DNA of 64,000 nucleotides from Candidatus Campbellbacteria bacterium (GCA_024653945.1 JANLIT010000003.1:30097-94096), one strand, 5' to 3'. Counted from the first letter of the stretch, positions 8,222 through 19,196 are shown. Made by a program: numbers and translations. Notes: generated by a model not told the origin, from the sequence alone.

Positions 8222-9620
8222 GAAAAACCGTATTTATATAAAAGACCTTGAAAAACACATTGACACTAGCGTTACCATCGCTGGGTGGGTATCTGTACGG
8301 CGTGACCACGGAAAGCTTATTTTTATTGATGTTCGCGACGAAACAGGAAAAGTGCAGGTTGTCGTAACACCTAAAAATGCCGAGGCGCTTGCCGTAGCAA
8401 ACAACCTGCGCTCTGAGTGGGTTATTACCATCACTGGACTCATCAAAAAGCGTCCTGATAATTTGATTAATGCAGATGAATTAAACGGCATGCTTGAATG
8501 TGTGGCTGAAGAAATAACGGTGCTTGCCGAAGCAACAACTCCTCCATTTGATATTACTCAAGACACGATGGGTCTTAATGAAGAGGCACGCCTACAGTAC
8601 CGATACGTAGACCTGCGAAGCGCACGAATGCAGAAAAATATTCGTATTCGAAGCGAGTTTGTACAGAAGTGTCGTGAATATCTTTTTTCAAAAGGATTTG
8701 TTGAAATTGAAACTCCACTCCTCACACAATCAACACCGGAAGGTTCTCGCGACTTCCTTGTGCCATCACGACACGCACCTGGACAATTTTATGCACTGCC
8801 ACAATCACCTCAGCAATACAAACAACTCTTGATGACGTCTGGCTTTGAAAAATATTTTCAACTTGCTCGATGTGTGCGTGATGAAGACCTTCGTGCCGAC
8901 CGTGGATATGAACACACACAATTGGACCTTGAAATGGCCTTTGTCACACGTGACGAAGTTATGGACACTATTGAAGGCATGATTATTTTTGTGATGGAAG
9001 GTTTGGGTAAAACAATCAAACAAAAACCATTTCCACGAATGACGTATGCGGAAGCTATAAAAACATACGGCGCCGACAAATTTGATATGCGCACACCAGA
9101 AGATACAGAGAAGGGAATTCTTGCGTACGCATGGGTAACTGATTTTCCATTCTTTGAAAAAACAGATGACGGCAAATGGACGTTCTCTCACAACCCATTT
9201 TCAATGCCAAAGGAAGAGCATTTGGAGTGGCATATGAAAGGCGAGCACGTTGACGAAATAATCACACAGCAGTACGATCTCGTCTGTAACGGATTTGAAA
9301 CAGGAGGAGGAAGTATTCGTGCACATCGTCCAGAAATTCTTGAAGCAACCTACAAAATTATGGGGTATTCGGATACGGAAATAAAAGACAGCGTTGGTCA
9401 TATGCTTGAAGCATTTGCACACGGTGCGCCACCACATGGAGGTATTGGATTGGGAATTGAGCGAGGTGCAATGATTTTGACTGGTGAAGCATACCTGCGT
9501 GAAGTACAGGCATTTCCTATGACAGGAAAAGGAAAGACAGCGGTGATGCACGCACCAGGACCAATTGACCCGATTGTATTGCGAGACCTTGGATTGTCCA
9601 TTTTAAAGAAGAAAGAATAG
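8220..9620 (+). CDS. aspS: Aspartate--tRNA ligase (short, lacks GAD domain; probably non-discriminating Asp/Asn)
   Basis: RRDHG, STPEGSRDF, LPQSPQ, RDEDLRADR and APPHGG motifs. Confidence 0.95.
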   Translation: MKNRIYIKDLEKHIDTSVTIAGWVSVRRDHGKLIFIDVRDETGKVQVVVTPKNAEALAVANNLRSEWVITITGLIKKRPDNLINADELNGMLECVAEEITVLAEATTPPFDITQDTMGLNEEARLQYRYVDLRSARMQKNIRIRSEFVQKCREYLFSKGFVEIETPLLTQSTPEGSRDFLVPSRHAPGQFYALPQSPQQYKQLLMTSGFEKYFQLARCVRDEDLRADRGYEHTQLDLEMAFVTRDEVMDTIEGMIIFVMEGLGKTIKQKPFPRMTYAEAIKTYGADKFDMRTPEDTEKGILAYAWVTDFPFFEKTDDGKWTFSHNPFSMPKEEHLEWHMKGEHVDEIITQQYDLVCNGFETGGGSIRAHRPEILEATYKIMGYSDTEIKDSVGHMLEAFAHGAPPHGGIGLGIERGAMILTGEAYLREVQAFPMTGKGKTAVMHAPGPIDPIVLRDLGLSILKKKE

Positions 9621-9639
9621 CAAAAAGAACACGCACGTC

Positions 9640-10398
9640 ATGAGTGAGTTTCATATTAAAACACCGGTGTTTGAAGGACCACTAGAACTTCTCCTCTCGC
9701 TCATCGAAAAAAGAAAAGTATTTATTAGCGACATATCACTCGCTGATGTTGCTGACGAATATATGGCGTTCGTGAAGCAGTTGGAACACTTTCCCCTCAA
9801 GGAAGCGGCGCAATTTGTACTTATCGCATCCACGCTTGTTCTTATAAAATCAAAATCGTTGTTGCCTGAATTTACGCTCACACAAGAAGAAGAAGCAGAC
9901 ATCAAAGATTTGGAGGAACGACTTCGTGTGTATCAGCGTGTGCAACAACTCTCAAAAGAAATTGGTCTTCGTTTTGGCACACACATACTCTTTCCTCGAG
10001 CGCACACATCGCTCTATCGTGAAGCTGTGTTTGCACCACATGAGTCAATCACTACAAATGCACTCATTGATGCCCTCCACGGCGTGATTGCACGACTCCC
10101 AAAGAAAGAGGTTCTAAAAAAAGTTATTGTTGAAAAAATTATGAGCTTGGAAGATATGATGAAGAATTTGTCGGAGCGTATCGGACACGCACTCAAACTT
10201 CGTTTTAGTGATATCGCAAAAACACACGCACAAAGTGACGCCACGGAAAGGGAAGTGCGCGTGAATACTATCGTCAGTTTTCTTGCCATGCTGGAGTTGG
10301 TCAAGCAAGGAATACTTGCTGTTCGCCAACATCAAACATTTTCCGATATTGAAATGGAAACCGAAACCGTTACCACACCTTCATACGCCCGCCCATGA
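9640..10398 (+). CDS. scpA: Segregation and condensation protein A
   Basis: FEGPLELLL, IKSKSLLP, FLAMLELVK. Confidence 0.95.
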   Translation: MSEFHIKTPVFEGPLELLLSLIEKRKVFISDISLADVADEYMAFVKQLEHFPLKEAAQFVLIASTLVLIKSKSLLPEFTLTQEEEADIKDLEERLRVYQRVQQLSKEIGLRFGTHILFPRAHTSLYREAVFAPHESITTNALIDALHGVIARLPKKEVLKKVIVEKIMSLEDMMKNLSERIGHALKLRFSDIAKTHAQSDATEREVRVNTIVSFLAMLELVKQGILAVRQHQTFSDIEMETETVTTPSYARP

Positions 10399-10952
10399 AC
10401 ACACACGCTACACAACTTGAAGCTATTCTTTTTTTCAAAGGCGAACCGCTTTCTTTTTCTGAAATTGCACACCTTTTGAATATTTCTGAAAATAACGTAC
10501 AAACGGCTGGACAGGAACTCAAGGAACACCTCGCACGAGAAAACCGCGGCATTCGTCTCATGGAAAATAATGGCGCATACATGTTGGCCACAGCGCCTGA
10601 AATGGCACCTCGTATTGAGAAACTCATTAAAGATGAGCTGGAACGTGACCTTGGAAAAGCTGGCCTTGAAACACTCTCTATTGTCTTGTACTACGGCCCA
10701 ATTACTCGTGCTCGCATTGACCATATTCGTGGCGTGAATTCATCATTCACCGTCCGACAACTTGCCATACGCGGTCTTATTGAACGCGAGGAAAATCCAA
10801 ACGACCAACGAAGCTACCTCTACAAACCGACATTTGAACTGCTCTCATATCTCGGTGTTACCAATGTGTCCGAGTTACCCGAATATACACACACCAAAGA
10901 AGAACTAGAGAACTTTAGTGCATCGCCAGATAGCGACGAAACACATGAGTAA
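10395..10952 (+). CDS. scpB: Segregation and condensation protein B
   Basis: LEAILF, LETLSIVLYYGPITRARIDHIRGVNS. Confidence 0.95.
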   Translation: MNTHATQLEAILFFKGEPLSFSEIAHLLNISENNVQTAGQELKEHLARENRGIRLMENNGAYMLATAPEMAPRIEKLIKDELERDLGKAGLETLSIVLYYGPITRARIDHIRGVNSSFTVRQLAIRGLIEREENPNDQRSYLYKPTFELLSYLGVTNVSELPEYTHTKEELENFSASPDSDETHE

Positions 10953-11883
10953 TGACACTTCAAACTATGATTCGTTTTTGCGCGTAACCCCACTTCTTGT
11001 GGGGGGACTTGTTATTGCTTGTTTTGTCATACTGCTCGGCACCATTGTGCTTCCAAAAAATGTACAGCAAGACACACCCACACCAACGCTTCCCAAAGTG
11101 CCAGTGGCCTCAGTTTTTGATTCAATCAACATTGAGGCTCGTTCAGCATATGTGTATGACGCACAAACGGACTCGGCACTCTTTGAGAAAAACGCGTATG
11201 AAGCACTTCCTCTTGCTTCTATTACAAAACTCTTATCTGTTGTTGTCGCACAATCAGTATTTCCTTCTGGAACTATCATTACTATTTCTCCTGAAGCACT
11301 TTCAGAAGTTGGCGATTCAGATCTTTTTGTGGGGGAGCGTTGGCTATTACGCGACCTCCTGCGGTACACCCTCACCGTTTCTTCAAATGATGGGGCTAGT
11401 GCGGTTGCACACACCTATGATGAACGGGGGGCAACCACGTTCGTTACAAAACTCAACGAATATTCTCAAAGCTTAGGTCTCTCTTCATTTTCATTTACAA
11501 ATGCGACGGGACTTGATGAAAAAGGTACGTGGAAAGCAGCAAATTTTGGCTCCGCACGCGATGTTACATTTTTATTTGCACACGCACTTACCACTATTCC
11601 CGATATTCTTGACGCCACACGAATAGGGCAGGGAAGTATCTCCTCTTTAGACCGCATACACCGTGTTTCAAACACCAACACGATGATTGATAGCATTCCA
11701 AACGCCATTGGTTCAAAAACAGGATTCACAGATGCCGCTGGTGGAAATCTCGTGCTCTCATTTGATGTTGGCATCGGCCACCCGGTGATTATTGTCGTGC
11801 TTGGGTCAAGTAAAGATGGACGTTTTACTGATATGCAAAAGCTTGTTGGTGCCACCAATGCACACTATGCACTACGAGATTAA
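10945..11883 (+). CDS. D-alanyl-D-alanine carboxypeptidase (peptidase S11)
   Basis: ASITK (SxxK), SSND (SxN) and KTG motifs; N-terminal TM helix. Confidence 0.9.
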   Translation: MSNDTSNYDSFLRVTPLLVGGLVIACFVILLGTIVLPKNVQQDTPTPTLPKVPVASVFDSINIEARSAYVYDAQTDSALFEKNAYEALPLASITKLLSVVVAQSVFPSGTIITISPEALSEVGDSDLFVGERWLLRDLLRYTLTVSSNDGASAVAHTYDERGATTFVTKLNEYSQSLGLSSFSFTNATGLDEKGTWKAANFGSARDVTFLFAHALTTIPDILDATRIGQGSISSLDRIHRVSNTNTMIDSIPNAIGSKTGFTDAAGGNLVLSFDVGIGHPVIIVVLGSSKDGRFTDMQKLVGATNAHYALRD

Positions 11884-11913
11884 AAAATGAGTATTTGATA
11901 CACTATATATTCT

Positions 11914-12966
11914 ATGGATATCATTGACACTATTAAAGTAATTTTTCCAACAACAGTATCATTTACTATTGGTATTCTTATAACGCCAATTGTTACGCAC
12001 TATCTCTACAAATATCAGTGCTGGAAAAAAACAAGCGTGGTAAAAGCGAGTGATGGGGGAGAGGCGCCGATTTCACAAAAACTTCATAATGATGAGGAAC
12101 GAAAAACGCCACGCATGGGGGGAATTGTTATCTGGGCGAGTGTCCTTCTTACAACAGTATTTTTTGTGATTATATCTTCATTTGCTGACGGAATGTTTCA
12201 AACAATATCATTTCTCAGTAGAAACCAGACATGGCTCCCGTTGTTTACCCTCATCGTTGGGGCGCTCGTCGGTCTGTTTGATGACTACCTCAGCATCAAA
12301 GGCTCACTTGATTATGTTGGAGGTGGATTGTCACTCACCAAGCGTGTCGGTCTCGTCACGCTTGTGGGAATAATTGGTGCCTGGTGGTTTTATGAGAAAT
12401 TGGACGTATCAAGCGTCATTGTGCCATTCTTTGGAACATTTGATATCGGCTGGCTCTTCATTCCATTCTTTATTCTTGTCATGCTCGGCACCTACTCTGG
12501 GGGTATTATTGATGGCCTTGATGGCCTTTCTGGTGGCATCTTTGCATCAATATTTTCCGCATACGGCGTTATTGCATTCGCACAAAATCAAATTGACCTC
12601 GCAGCTCTGTGTTTTGTAATTGTGGGAGCCTTGCTCGCTTTTTTATGGTTCAATATTCCACCCGCGCGTTTCTTTATGACAGAAACAGGAATTATGGCGC
12701 TCACTATGACACTTTCGGTTATTGCATTTCTTACACAGCAGGTGCTCATACTGCCTATCATTGCGTTTCTTCTTGTAGTCACCTCTTTATCATCAAGTAT
12801 GCAACTGTTGTCAAAACGGTTCCGAGGTAAAAAAATATTTCTTGTCGCGCCACTCCATCACCACTTTCAAGCCATTGGATGGCCTGCGTCCAAAGTTGTC
12901 ATGCGCTATTGGGTACTCTCTGTCATTTGTGCAACGGTTGGTGTCCTCATAGCACTCTTGGGGTAA
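11914..12966 (+). CDS. mraY: Phospho-N-acetylmuramoyl-pentapeptide transferase
   Basis: TPRMGG, DGLDGL and APLHHHF motifs; multiple TM helices. Confidence 0.95.
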   Translation: MDIIDTIKVIFPTTVSFTIGILITPIVTHYLYKYQCWKKTSVVKASDGGEAPISQKLHNDEERKTPRMGGIVIWASVLLTTVFFVIISSFADGMFQTISFLSRNQTWLPLFTLIVGALVGLFDDYLSIKGSLDYVGGGLSLTKRVGLVTLVGIIGAWWFYEKLDVSSVIVPFFGTFDIGWLFIPFFILVMLGTYSGGIIDGLDGLSGGIFASIFSAYGVIAFAQNQIDLAALCFVIVGALLAFLWFNIPPARFFMTETGIMALTMTLSVIAFLTQQVLILPIIAFLLVVTSLSSSMQLLSKRFRGKKIFLVAPLHHHFQAIGWPASKVVMRYWVLSVICATVGVLIALLG

Positions 12967-12992
12967 GAGTACTGAATGCTATACTGAACCAC

Positions 12993-14105
12993 ATGCAGCG
13001 CGGTATTGACAAACCTTTTCTTTTTATCACAAGCATTCTTGTTGTTGCGGGAATGTTTATTTTTATTTCTGCATCAATTGGACTTCTTGCTCGAGCAGAG
13101 AATCTTAATGTTTCTGGACAGATTATTAACCAACTTCTGTCTCTAGGAATTGGTCTTGCCCTTGCACTTCTTGTGTTCCGATTTCCTGTTACTTTTTGGC
13201 ACACCTACTCATTTTATATTTTGTTGGCAGGACTTGCCGCAACACTATTAGTACTCATACCGGGCTTTGGACCCGAACACGGAGGCGCGCGCCGCTGGAT
13301 TGAGATTGGCTCCGTATCACTTCAACCGGCCGAGTTTTTGAAATTTGCGTTCATACTTTATTTTGCCGCCTGGTGTACCGGCGTTCGAAAACGCATACAC
13401 ACATTTACCTATGGCCCGCTTGCACTGCTCCTTCTTCTTGTGCCTGTTGGGTTTGTCCTCTGGTTACAGCCCGACTACGGTTCAATCACCATTATTGGCG
13501 CTACGGGAATGTGCATGTTGATATTTGCGGGAGCACGTTGGAAACATATTATTTCGCTTTCTTTGATTGGTGGTGTGTGTGCACTACTGGTCGTACTTTT
13601 TGTTCCCTACATACAAGACCGAGTGGACACCTTTTTGCATCCGGGAAAAGATCCACTTGCCTCTGGGTATCAAATTAAACAATCACTTATTGCTATTGGC
13701 TCTGGTCAAATAACTGGACGTGGGTTTGGACAAAGCACTCAGAAATTTAATTTTCTTCCTGAACCAATGGGAGATTCGGTATTTGCTGTTTTTGCTGAAG
13801 AGTGGGGATTTGTTGGTGGCATTGTTCTCATCGGTTTATTTATTGCCTTTTTAAACTTCGGTTATCGCATTGCTCTGCGCGCTGAAACGGCCTTTTCTCG
13901 TCTCGTGGTATTAGGTTTCGTTACCGCAATCGTAACGCAATCTTTCATTAATATGGGGTCTATGCTTGGCGTATTTCCACTCACAGGAGACCCTCTTGTT
14001 TTTGTGAGTAAGGGCGGAACATCACTTGTTTTTACCCTCATTGAAATCGGTATTATTTTGGCAATATCAAAACACACAAAAGAGCCGGGTACTGCAAAAA
14101 CCTAG
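12993..14105 (+). CDS. ftsW: SEDS-family peptidoglycan glycosyltransferase FtsW
   Basis: GARRWI, QPAEF, QPD and GYQ..QS..AIGSG motifs; lies between mraY and murG. Confidence 0.92.
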   Translation: MQRGIDKPFLFITSILVVAGMFIFISASIGLLARAENLNVSGQIINQLLSLGIGLALALLVFRFPVTFWHTYSFYILLAGLAATLLVLIPGFGPEHGGARRWIEIGSVSLQPAEFLKFAFILYFAAWCTGVRKRIHTFTYGPLALLLLLVPVGFVLWLQPDYGSITIIGATGMCMLIFAGARWKHIISLSLIGGVCALLVVLFVPYIQDRVDTFLHPGKDPLASGYQIKQSLIAIGSGQITGRGFGQSTQKFNFLPEPMGDSVFAVFAEEWGFVGGIVLIGLFIAFLNFGYRIALRAETAFSRLVVLGFVTAIVTQSFINMGSMLGVFPLTGDPLVFVSKGGTSLVFTLIEIGIILAISKHTKEPGTAKT

Positions 14106-14175
14106 TAACGAAAGGGGGTATTTCTGATATACTTATGGAGTACTGTTCGCTGTATACGAGCAGTGTAATACTTTT

Positions 14176-15330
14176 ATGCGCATTATTCTTACAGGCGGGG
14201 GTTCCGGAGGGCACTTTTATCCAATGATTGCTGTTGCTCAGCAAATTCATGAGATTGCAAAGCTCGACCATTTGGTTGAACCTGAGCTTTTGTACATGGC
14301 TGCTGAACCGTACGACATGGACGCACTTCTTGAAAATAATATAGAGTTCAAACACATAACCGCCGGAAAACAAAGACGTTATTTCTCATTTAAAAATGCC
14401 ATTGACGTGTTCAAGATAGGGTGGGGGATGGTAAAGGCAGTTATAAAAGTGTTTCTCTCATTTCCCGATGTTGTGTTCAGTAAGGGCGGATATCCAAGTG
14501 TTCCTGTTGTGTTTGCAACAAAACTATTTCGTATTCCGCTCGTCATTCACGAATCTGATACCGAACCAGGACGTGCAAACGCATGGGCCGCAACATATGC
14601 ACAGCGTATTGCAATTTCATATCCAGAGTCAGTGGACTATTTTGAAAAAATCACCGCACGACGAAAAAGAAAACCGAGAATTGCGCTCACAGGAAACCCT
14701 GTCCGTCACGAACTACAGACCGTTGCAGTATCTGGTGCACATGAATTTTTAAAACTAGAACAAGGCACGCCAACTATTTTAGTTCTTGGCGGTTCTCAAG
14801 GTGCCCAAGCCATCAACGAAACTATTATTGAAGCACTTCCTCGACTCATTGAAAAATATCAGATTCTTCATCAGACAGGATCCGCGCTCTACGACATAAC
14901 TATTGGCAGCGCAGATACTATTCTTGAAGGAAATCCGCTCAAAGAACGCTACCACGCATTTCCATTTCTTAATGTTGTAGCTATGCGCATGTCTGCCGGC
15001 GCCGCTGATCTTATTATTTCCCGCTCTGGCTCGGGTTCTATTTTTGAGATTGCTGCATGGGGTAAACCATCAATTCTCATTCCTATTCCAACAGGCGTCA
15101 GTCATGACCAAGAAAAAAATGCCTTCGCATACGCACGTACCGGCGCAGGACTTGTTGTTGAACAAGCAAACCTGACACCAAACCTCTTGGTATCTGAAAT
15201 TGACCGTCTGATGAGCGCACCTGACGAAATGGCTTCCATGGCACGCAAAGCATCGGAATTCGCACGCCCCGATGCCGCTGAAAAAATTGCCCGCGAAGTG
15301 CTTGATGTCGCTCTTGAACATGAAAAATAA
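14176..15330 (+). CDS. murG: Undecaprenyl-PP-MurNAc-pentapeptide GlcNAc transferase
   Basis: GGGSGGH, KGGY, HES, GNPVR and GGSQGA motifs. Confidence 0.96.
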   Translation: MRIILTGGGSGGHFYPMIAVAQQIHEIAKLDHLVEPELLYMAAEPYDMDALLENNIEFKHITAGKQRRYFSFKNAIDVFKIGWGMVKAVIKVFLSFPDVVFSKGGYPSVPVVFATKLFRIPLVIHESDTEPGRANAWAATYAQRIAISYPESVDYFEKITARRKRKPRIALTGNPVRHELQTVAVSGAHEFLKLEQGTPTILVLGGSQGAQAINETIIEALPRLIEKYQILHQTGSALYDITIGSADTILEGNPLKERYHAFPFLNVVAMRMSAGAADLIISRSGSGSIFEIAAWGKPSILIPIPTGVSHDQEKNAFAYARTGAGLVVEQANLTPNLLVSEIDRLMSAPDEMASMARKASEFARPDAAEKIAREVLDVALEHEK

Positions 15331-16657
15331 TCCCTCACAAAATGTGGTTGTCAGATTTGCTCCGTCTCCAACGGGTTTTCTTCATATTGGTGGTGTACGC
15401 GGTGCACTTTTTAATTTTTTGTTTGCACGTAAACACGGTGGTACCTATGTACTGCGCATTGAAGATACTGACAAAGAACGTAATAAAGAGGAGTGGACAA
15501 AGGGTTTAATTGACGATCTTGCGTGGCTTGGTCTTCATCATGATGTGTTTGCAAAACAATCAGAGCGAACCGACCTCTATCGTAGCGCTCTTCAAAAACT
15601 TATTGATTCGGGACATGCATACGTCTCAAAAGAAACGCCAACAGAGCCTGGACAACGTGACGAGGTCATTCGTTTTAAAAATCCAAACACCATTGTTACG
15701 TTTGATGACATGATTCGTGGCACAGTGTCCGTTGATACAACCGACCTTGGTGACTTTGTTATTGCTCGAAGCATGGATGAACCTCTCTATCATCTTGCAG
15801 TCGTTGTTGATGATGGAGACATGAATATTACGCACGTTATTCGAGGCGAAGAACACCTTTCAAACACACCACGGCAAATCCTTATTCAAGAAGCCCTTGG
15901 GTTATCTCGTCCAACATATGCGCACCTTCCACTTGTACTCGCAACAGACAAATCAAAACTCTCAAAGCGCAAGCACGGCGAAGCGGTGTCTCTTACACAC
16001 TATCGAAGTCGTGGGTATCTTCCCGAGGCACTTTTAAATTTTGTGGTATTCATGGGATGGAATCCTGGAACCGACAAGGAATTCTTTACTATGGATGAAA
16101 TGATTGAGGCGTTTGATATTTCAAAAGTACAAAAAGGTGGAGCGGTATTTAATGTCGAAAAACTCAACTGGATTAACCGACACTACATTCATCTCATGAC
16201 CCCAGAGCAACAACTCGCTCGTATTTCTGAATATGCACCCAAAGGGACAGATGGAGATATGCTTGCAAAACTGCGTCCAATCATTATTGACCACATACAA
16301 ACATTTGGAGATGTTGCAACAATGTTTGAAAGCGGAGAGCTTGCATACTTTTTTGCTTTACCAGAATATGATAGTGCACGATTGTTGTGGAAAACTGACC
16401 CTACAGAAACGGCACTGAAGCACCTTTCGTGGATTGCAGAAAAACTAAAATCTATTCCTGAATCTTTTACACATGATGAAATAAAAGAGGCTGTGTGGCC
16501 GTATGCAGAAAGCGAGGGGAAGGGAAGCGTGCTCTGGCCATTTCGGTTTGCACTCACAGGACAAGAAAAATCACCGGATCCGTTTACGGTTGCTGGTATT
16601 TTGGGTTATGAAGAGACATATAAACGTGTGAGCAACGCACTCAAACGTCTCTCATGA
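15320..16657 (+). CDS. gltX: Glutamate--tRNA ligase
   Basis: RFAPSPTGFLHIG, RIEDTD and KLSKR motifs. Confidence 0.97.
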   Translation: MKNNPSQNVVVRFAPSPTGFLHIGGVRGALFNFLFARKHGGTYVLRIEDTDKERNKEEWTKGLIDDLAWLGLHHDVFAKQSERTDLYRSALQKLIDSGHAYVSKETPTEPGQRDEVIRFKNPNTIVTFDDMIRGTVSVDTTDLGDFVIARSMDEPLYHLAVVVDDGDMNITHVIRGEEHLSNTPRQILIQEALGLSRPTYAHLPLVLATDKSKLSKRKHGEAVSLTHYRSRGYLPEALLNFVVFMGWNPGTDKEFFTMDEMIEAFDISKVQKGGAVFNVEKLNWINRHYIHLMTPEQQLARISEYAPKGTDGDMLAKLRPIIIDHIQTFGDVATMFESGELAYFFALPEYDSARLLWKTDPTETALKHLSWIAEKLKSIPESFTHDEIKEAVWPYAESEGKGSVLWPFRFALTGQEKSPDPFTVAGILGYEETYKRVSNALKRLS

Positions 16658-17958
16658 AAAATACCTCACTCAACGCACTGGGATTAGGTTTATTTCTTCT
16701 TATAGGAGTAAGTTTTTTTTCATCTCCACTGTATGCCGCCGTCTCTCTTGACGAACTCCAAAATAAAATTAATGAGAAGTCCGCACAAATTGAGCAGATT
16801 GAAAAAGATATTGCGAAATACGAAAAAGAACTTCAAACAGTAGGGGGCGAACGAAAAACACTTGAGAGTGCTATTGCACAACTTAATTTGACACGACAAA
16901 AATTACTAAGTGACATAACACTCACTCAAAAAAAGATTGAGCAAACTGGATACTCTATTGAAAAAACCGTGTCCGCAATACAAGAACAGGAACAAAAAAT
17001 TGAACAAAATAATACTGTTATAGGACACGCTATTCAAGTCATGCATGAATCAGATAATGAATCTTTTGTTGAAATCGTATTGAGTAAAAATTCTTTGACT
17101 GATATATGGACCGAGTTTGACCAGTTAGAACAAATCCAGACCAATCTACGAAATCAATTGCAAGAACTGCGTTTGTTGAAGGCTGATTTATCTGATAAAA
17201 AAGATTTGGAGCAAAAAGAACATGATTCCCTGAGCGCCTACAAATCAAAATTAGATGGCCAAAAAAAGGTTATTGAAGTTAACAAACAACAAAAAGACCA
17301 ATTACTCACCACAACAAAAAGCAAAGAGGGTGAGTATCAAAAACTTTTGGAAGAAAAACGTTTGGCCGCACAAAAATTTGAAAGTGAATTGCAAGACTAT
17401 GAAGCACAACTGCAGTACGCACAAGATCCTTCAAAGCTTCCACAAAAGGGGAGTGCGGTGCTTTCGTGGCCTGTTGAAAACCCCGTCATCACCCAAGGCT
17501 TTGGCTTGACAAGTTTTGCTTTAAGTGGTGCTTATGGATACAAGAACGGTCAACCAAACCCACACCGAGGAATTGATTTTAGGGCTTCTGTTGGAACTCC
17601 GCTGCTTGCTACAGCTGCAGGAACGGTCCGCGACGCGGTTAATATGGATGCGGTGCCCGGATGTTATTCCTACGGAAGGTGGATTCTTATTGACCATGAC
17701 AATGGGCTTTCAACACTATACGCACACATGTCAGTTATGAGCGTTTCTGCTGGTGAGTATGTCAAGACAGGTCAAATTATTGGATATGCAGGTGCCAGTG
17801 GATATGCAACTGGACCTCATTTACACTTTAGCGTCTTTGATCGTGATGCGGTGCAAGTTTCTCCATTTTCGTGGAGTATTGGATGTAAGAACACAAGGAT
17901 TCCGTTCGCACCGTATGAAGCGTATCTTAATCCACTTGAGTACCTTCCCAAAATGTAA
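16654..17958 (+). CDS. Coiled-coil + M23 peptidase (murein hydrolase/activator)
   Basis: Signal peptide, long coiled coil, HRGID, YAH and HLHF motifs. Confidence 0.9.
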   Translation: MKNTSLNALGLGLFLLIGVSFFSSPLYAAVSLDELQNKINEKSAQIEQIEKDIAKYEKELQTVGGERKTLESAIAQLNLTRQKLLSDITLTQKKIEQTGYSIEKTVSAIQEQEQKIEQNNTVIGHAIQVMHESDNESFVEIVLSKNSLTDIWTEFDQLEQIQTNLRNQLQELRLLKADLSDKKDLEQKEHDSLSAYKSKLDGQKKVIEVNKQQKDQLLTTTKSKEGEYQKLLEEKRLAAQKFESELQDYEAQLQYAQDPSKLPQKGSAVLSWPVENPVITQGFGLTSFALSGAYGYKNGQPNPHRGIDFRASVGTPLLATAAGTVRDAVNMDAVPGCYSYGRWILIDHDNGLSTLYAHMSVMSVSAGEYVKTGQIIGYAGASGYATGPHLHFSVFDRDAVQVSPFSWSIGCKNTRIPFAPYEAYLNPLEYLPKM

Positions 17959-17982
17959 TTAAACGTGTTATAAAGGTTATAT

Positions 17983-18291
17983 ATGTATACACACATACCA
18001 AACTACCAGGGATTTATCAAAATTATCCTCATTATAGTGATTGCGCTTATCGTCCTTGGATATTTCGGACTCAATATAACAGACATTCTGGCTTCACCGG
18101 TTGTGAAAGAGAACCTTGCATGGTTCTGGAATTTTTTGACTCATATTTGGTCAACGTACTTGAGTGGACCAGCAACATGGCTTTGGAATCATCTTATAAA
18201 ATTATTGTGGGATATGTTTGTACAAGGTATAGGAAACCTTAAGGCAAACGGCGGACAGATACCAGTTACACCTATAACTGTTGGAAATTAG
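17983..18291 (+). CDS. Small membrane protein
   Basis: Hydrophobic N-terminal helix after NYQGFI; Trp-rich amphipathic segment. Confidence 0.7.
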   Translation: MYTHIPNYQGFIKIILIIVIALIVLGYFGLNITDILASPVVKENLAWFWNFLTHIWSTYLSGPATWLWNHLIKLLWDMFVQGIGNLKANGGQIPVTPITVGN

Positions 18292-18412
18292 AAGTATGAG
18301 GAGAGGTTTTTGTCTTTGTCCGTATGTTCTAGGTATATAGGTCGGAAAAGATATATTGTGCGACACATATCTTCTCAGAAACTGGACCCTTAAAGGGCTA
18401 CCCCACTAGGGA

Positions 18413-18832
18413 CTATTGACAGTTTCCTGCTTTTGTATATCCGGCCGATTGCGCATCTTTCTCTGACGCATACCACACTTTATTTTCTTCTTTGATTTGC
18501 CCAGCCCCAGCACACCACGGAAAATGGTATTTTGTTCCATTCTTGGAAACAACGACTCCCCCTGCCCCACCTCCTATAGACACCTCTGTTTTTTGTGGTT
18601 GTATTTTTGTTTCAGTTTTTTCACTCACATACAGAGAAGTTGTCTGTGGGCTCGTAAAAGGCTCTATATCAATCGCTAGAGGACATTGGAGACCTGTATG
18701 GGTCATAATCCTACCCAAGTAAAACGACGAGATACCAACGCTTCCGACGACCGCAAATGTAAGCCCTGCACTCACCAAAAACCTCAAGGGACGCTTGTTT
18801 TTTTGGACATAGTACGGTATAGTGTTGAGCAC
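18413..18832 (-). CDS. Membrane-anchored protein with Ada-like metal-binding C-terminal domain (start uncertain)
   Basis: SKNGTKYHFPWC...IKEENKVWYASEKDAQSAGY...C; one TM helix. Confidence 0.75.
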   Translation of the reverse strand: MLNTIPYYVQKNKRPLRFLVSAGLTFAVVGSVGISSFYLGRIMTHTGLQCPLAIDIEPFTSPQTTSLYVSEKTETKIQPQKTEVSIGGGAGGVVVSKNGTKYHFPWCAGAGQIKEENKVWYASEKDAQSAGYTKAGNCQ

Positions 18833-18856
18833 TTCAGTAAATAACATTAGAGATAT

Positions 18857-19135
18857 ATGGCACATAGAAAAGCCGGTGGAACAGCAAAAAACCTACGAGA
18901 TTCAAACCCAAAATTCCTTGGTGTAAAGATTGGTGACGGACAAAGCGCCCGCCCAGGAGCTATTATTGTACGCCAGCGAGGTACACGTATTCTCCCAGGA
19001 AAGAATGTTGACATGGGAAAGGATCATACACTTTTTGCGCTAAAAGAAGGTGTGGTTAAATTCCGTATGAAACGAGCCGTACGATTTAATGGCGCGTCTC
19101 AACGAAAGAAGATTGTAGACGTCCTTGTTAAATAG
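18857..19135 (+). CDS. rpmA: 50S ribosomal protein L27
   Basis: [29 protein letters not shown]. Confidence 0.98.
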   Translation: MAHRKAGGTAKNLRDSNPKFLGVKIGDGQSARPGAIIVRQRGTRILPGKNVDMGKDHTLFALKEGVVKFRMKRAVRFNGASQRKKIVDVLVK

Positions 19136-19154
19136 AAGATAAAATCTCACATTT

Positions 19155-19181
19155 AAAAAACCACCCGCTTGGGTGGTTTTT
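19155..19181. terminator. Bidirectional terminator between rpmA and rplI
   Basis: AAAAAACCACCC-GCTT-GGGTGGTTTTT. Confidence 0.8.
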
Positions 19182-19196
19182 GATTGGTATCTCTTT

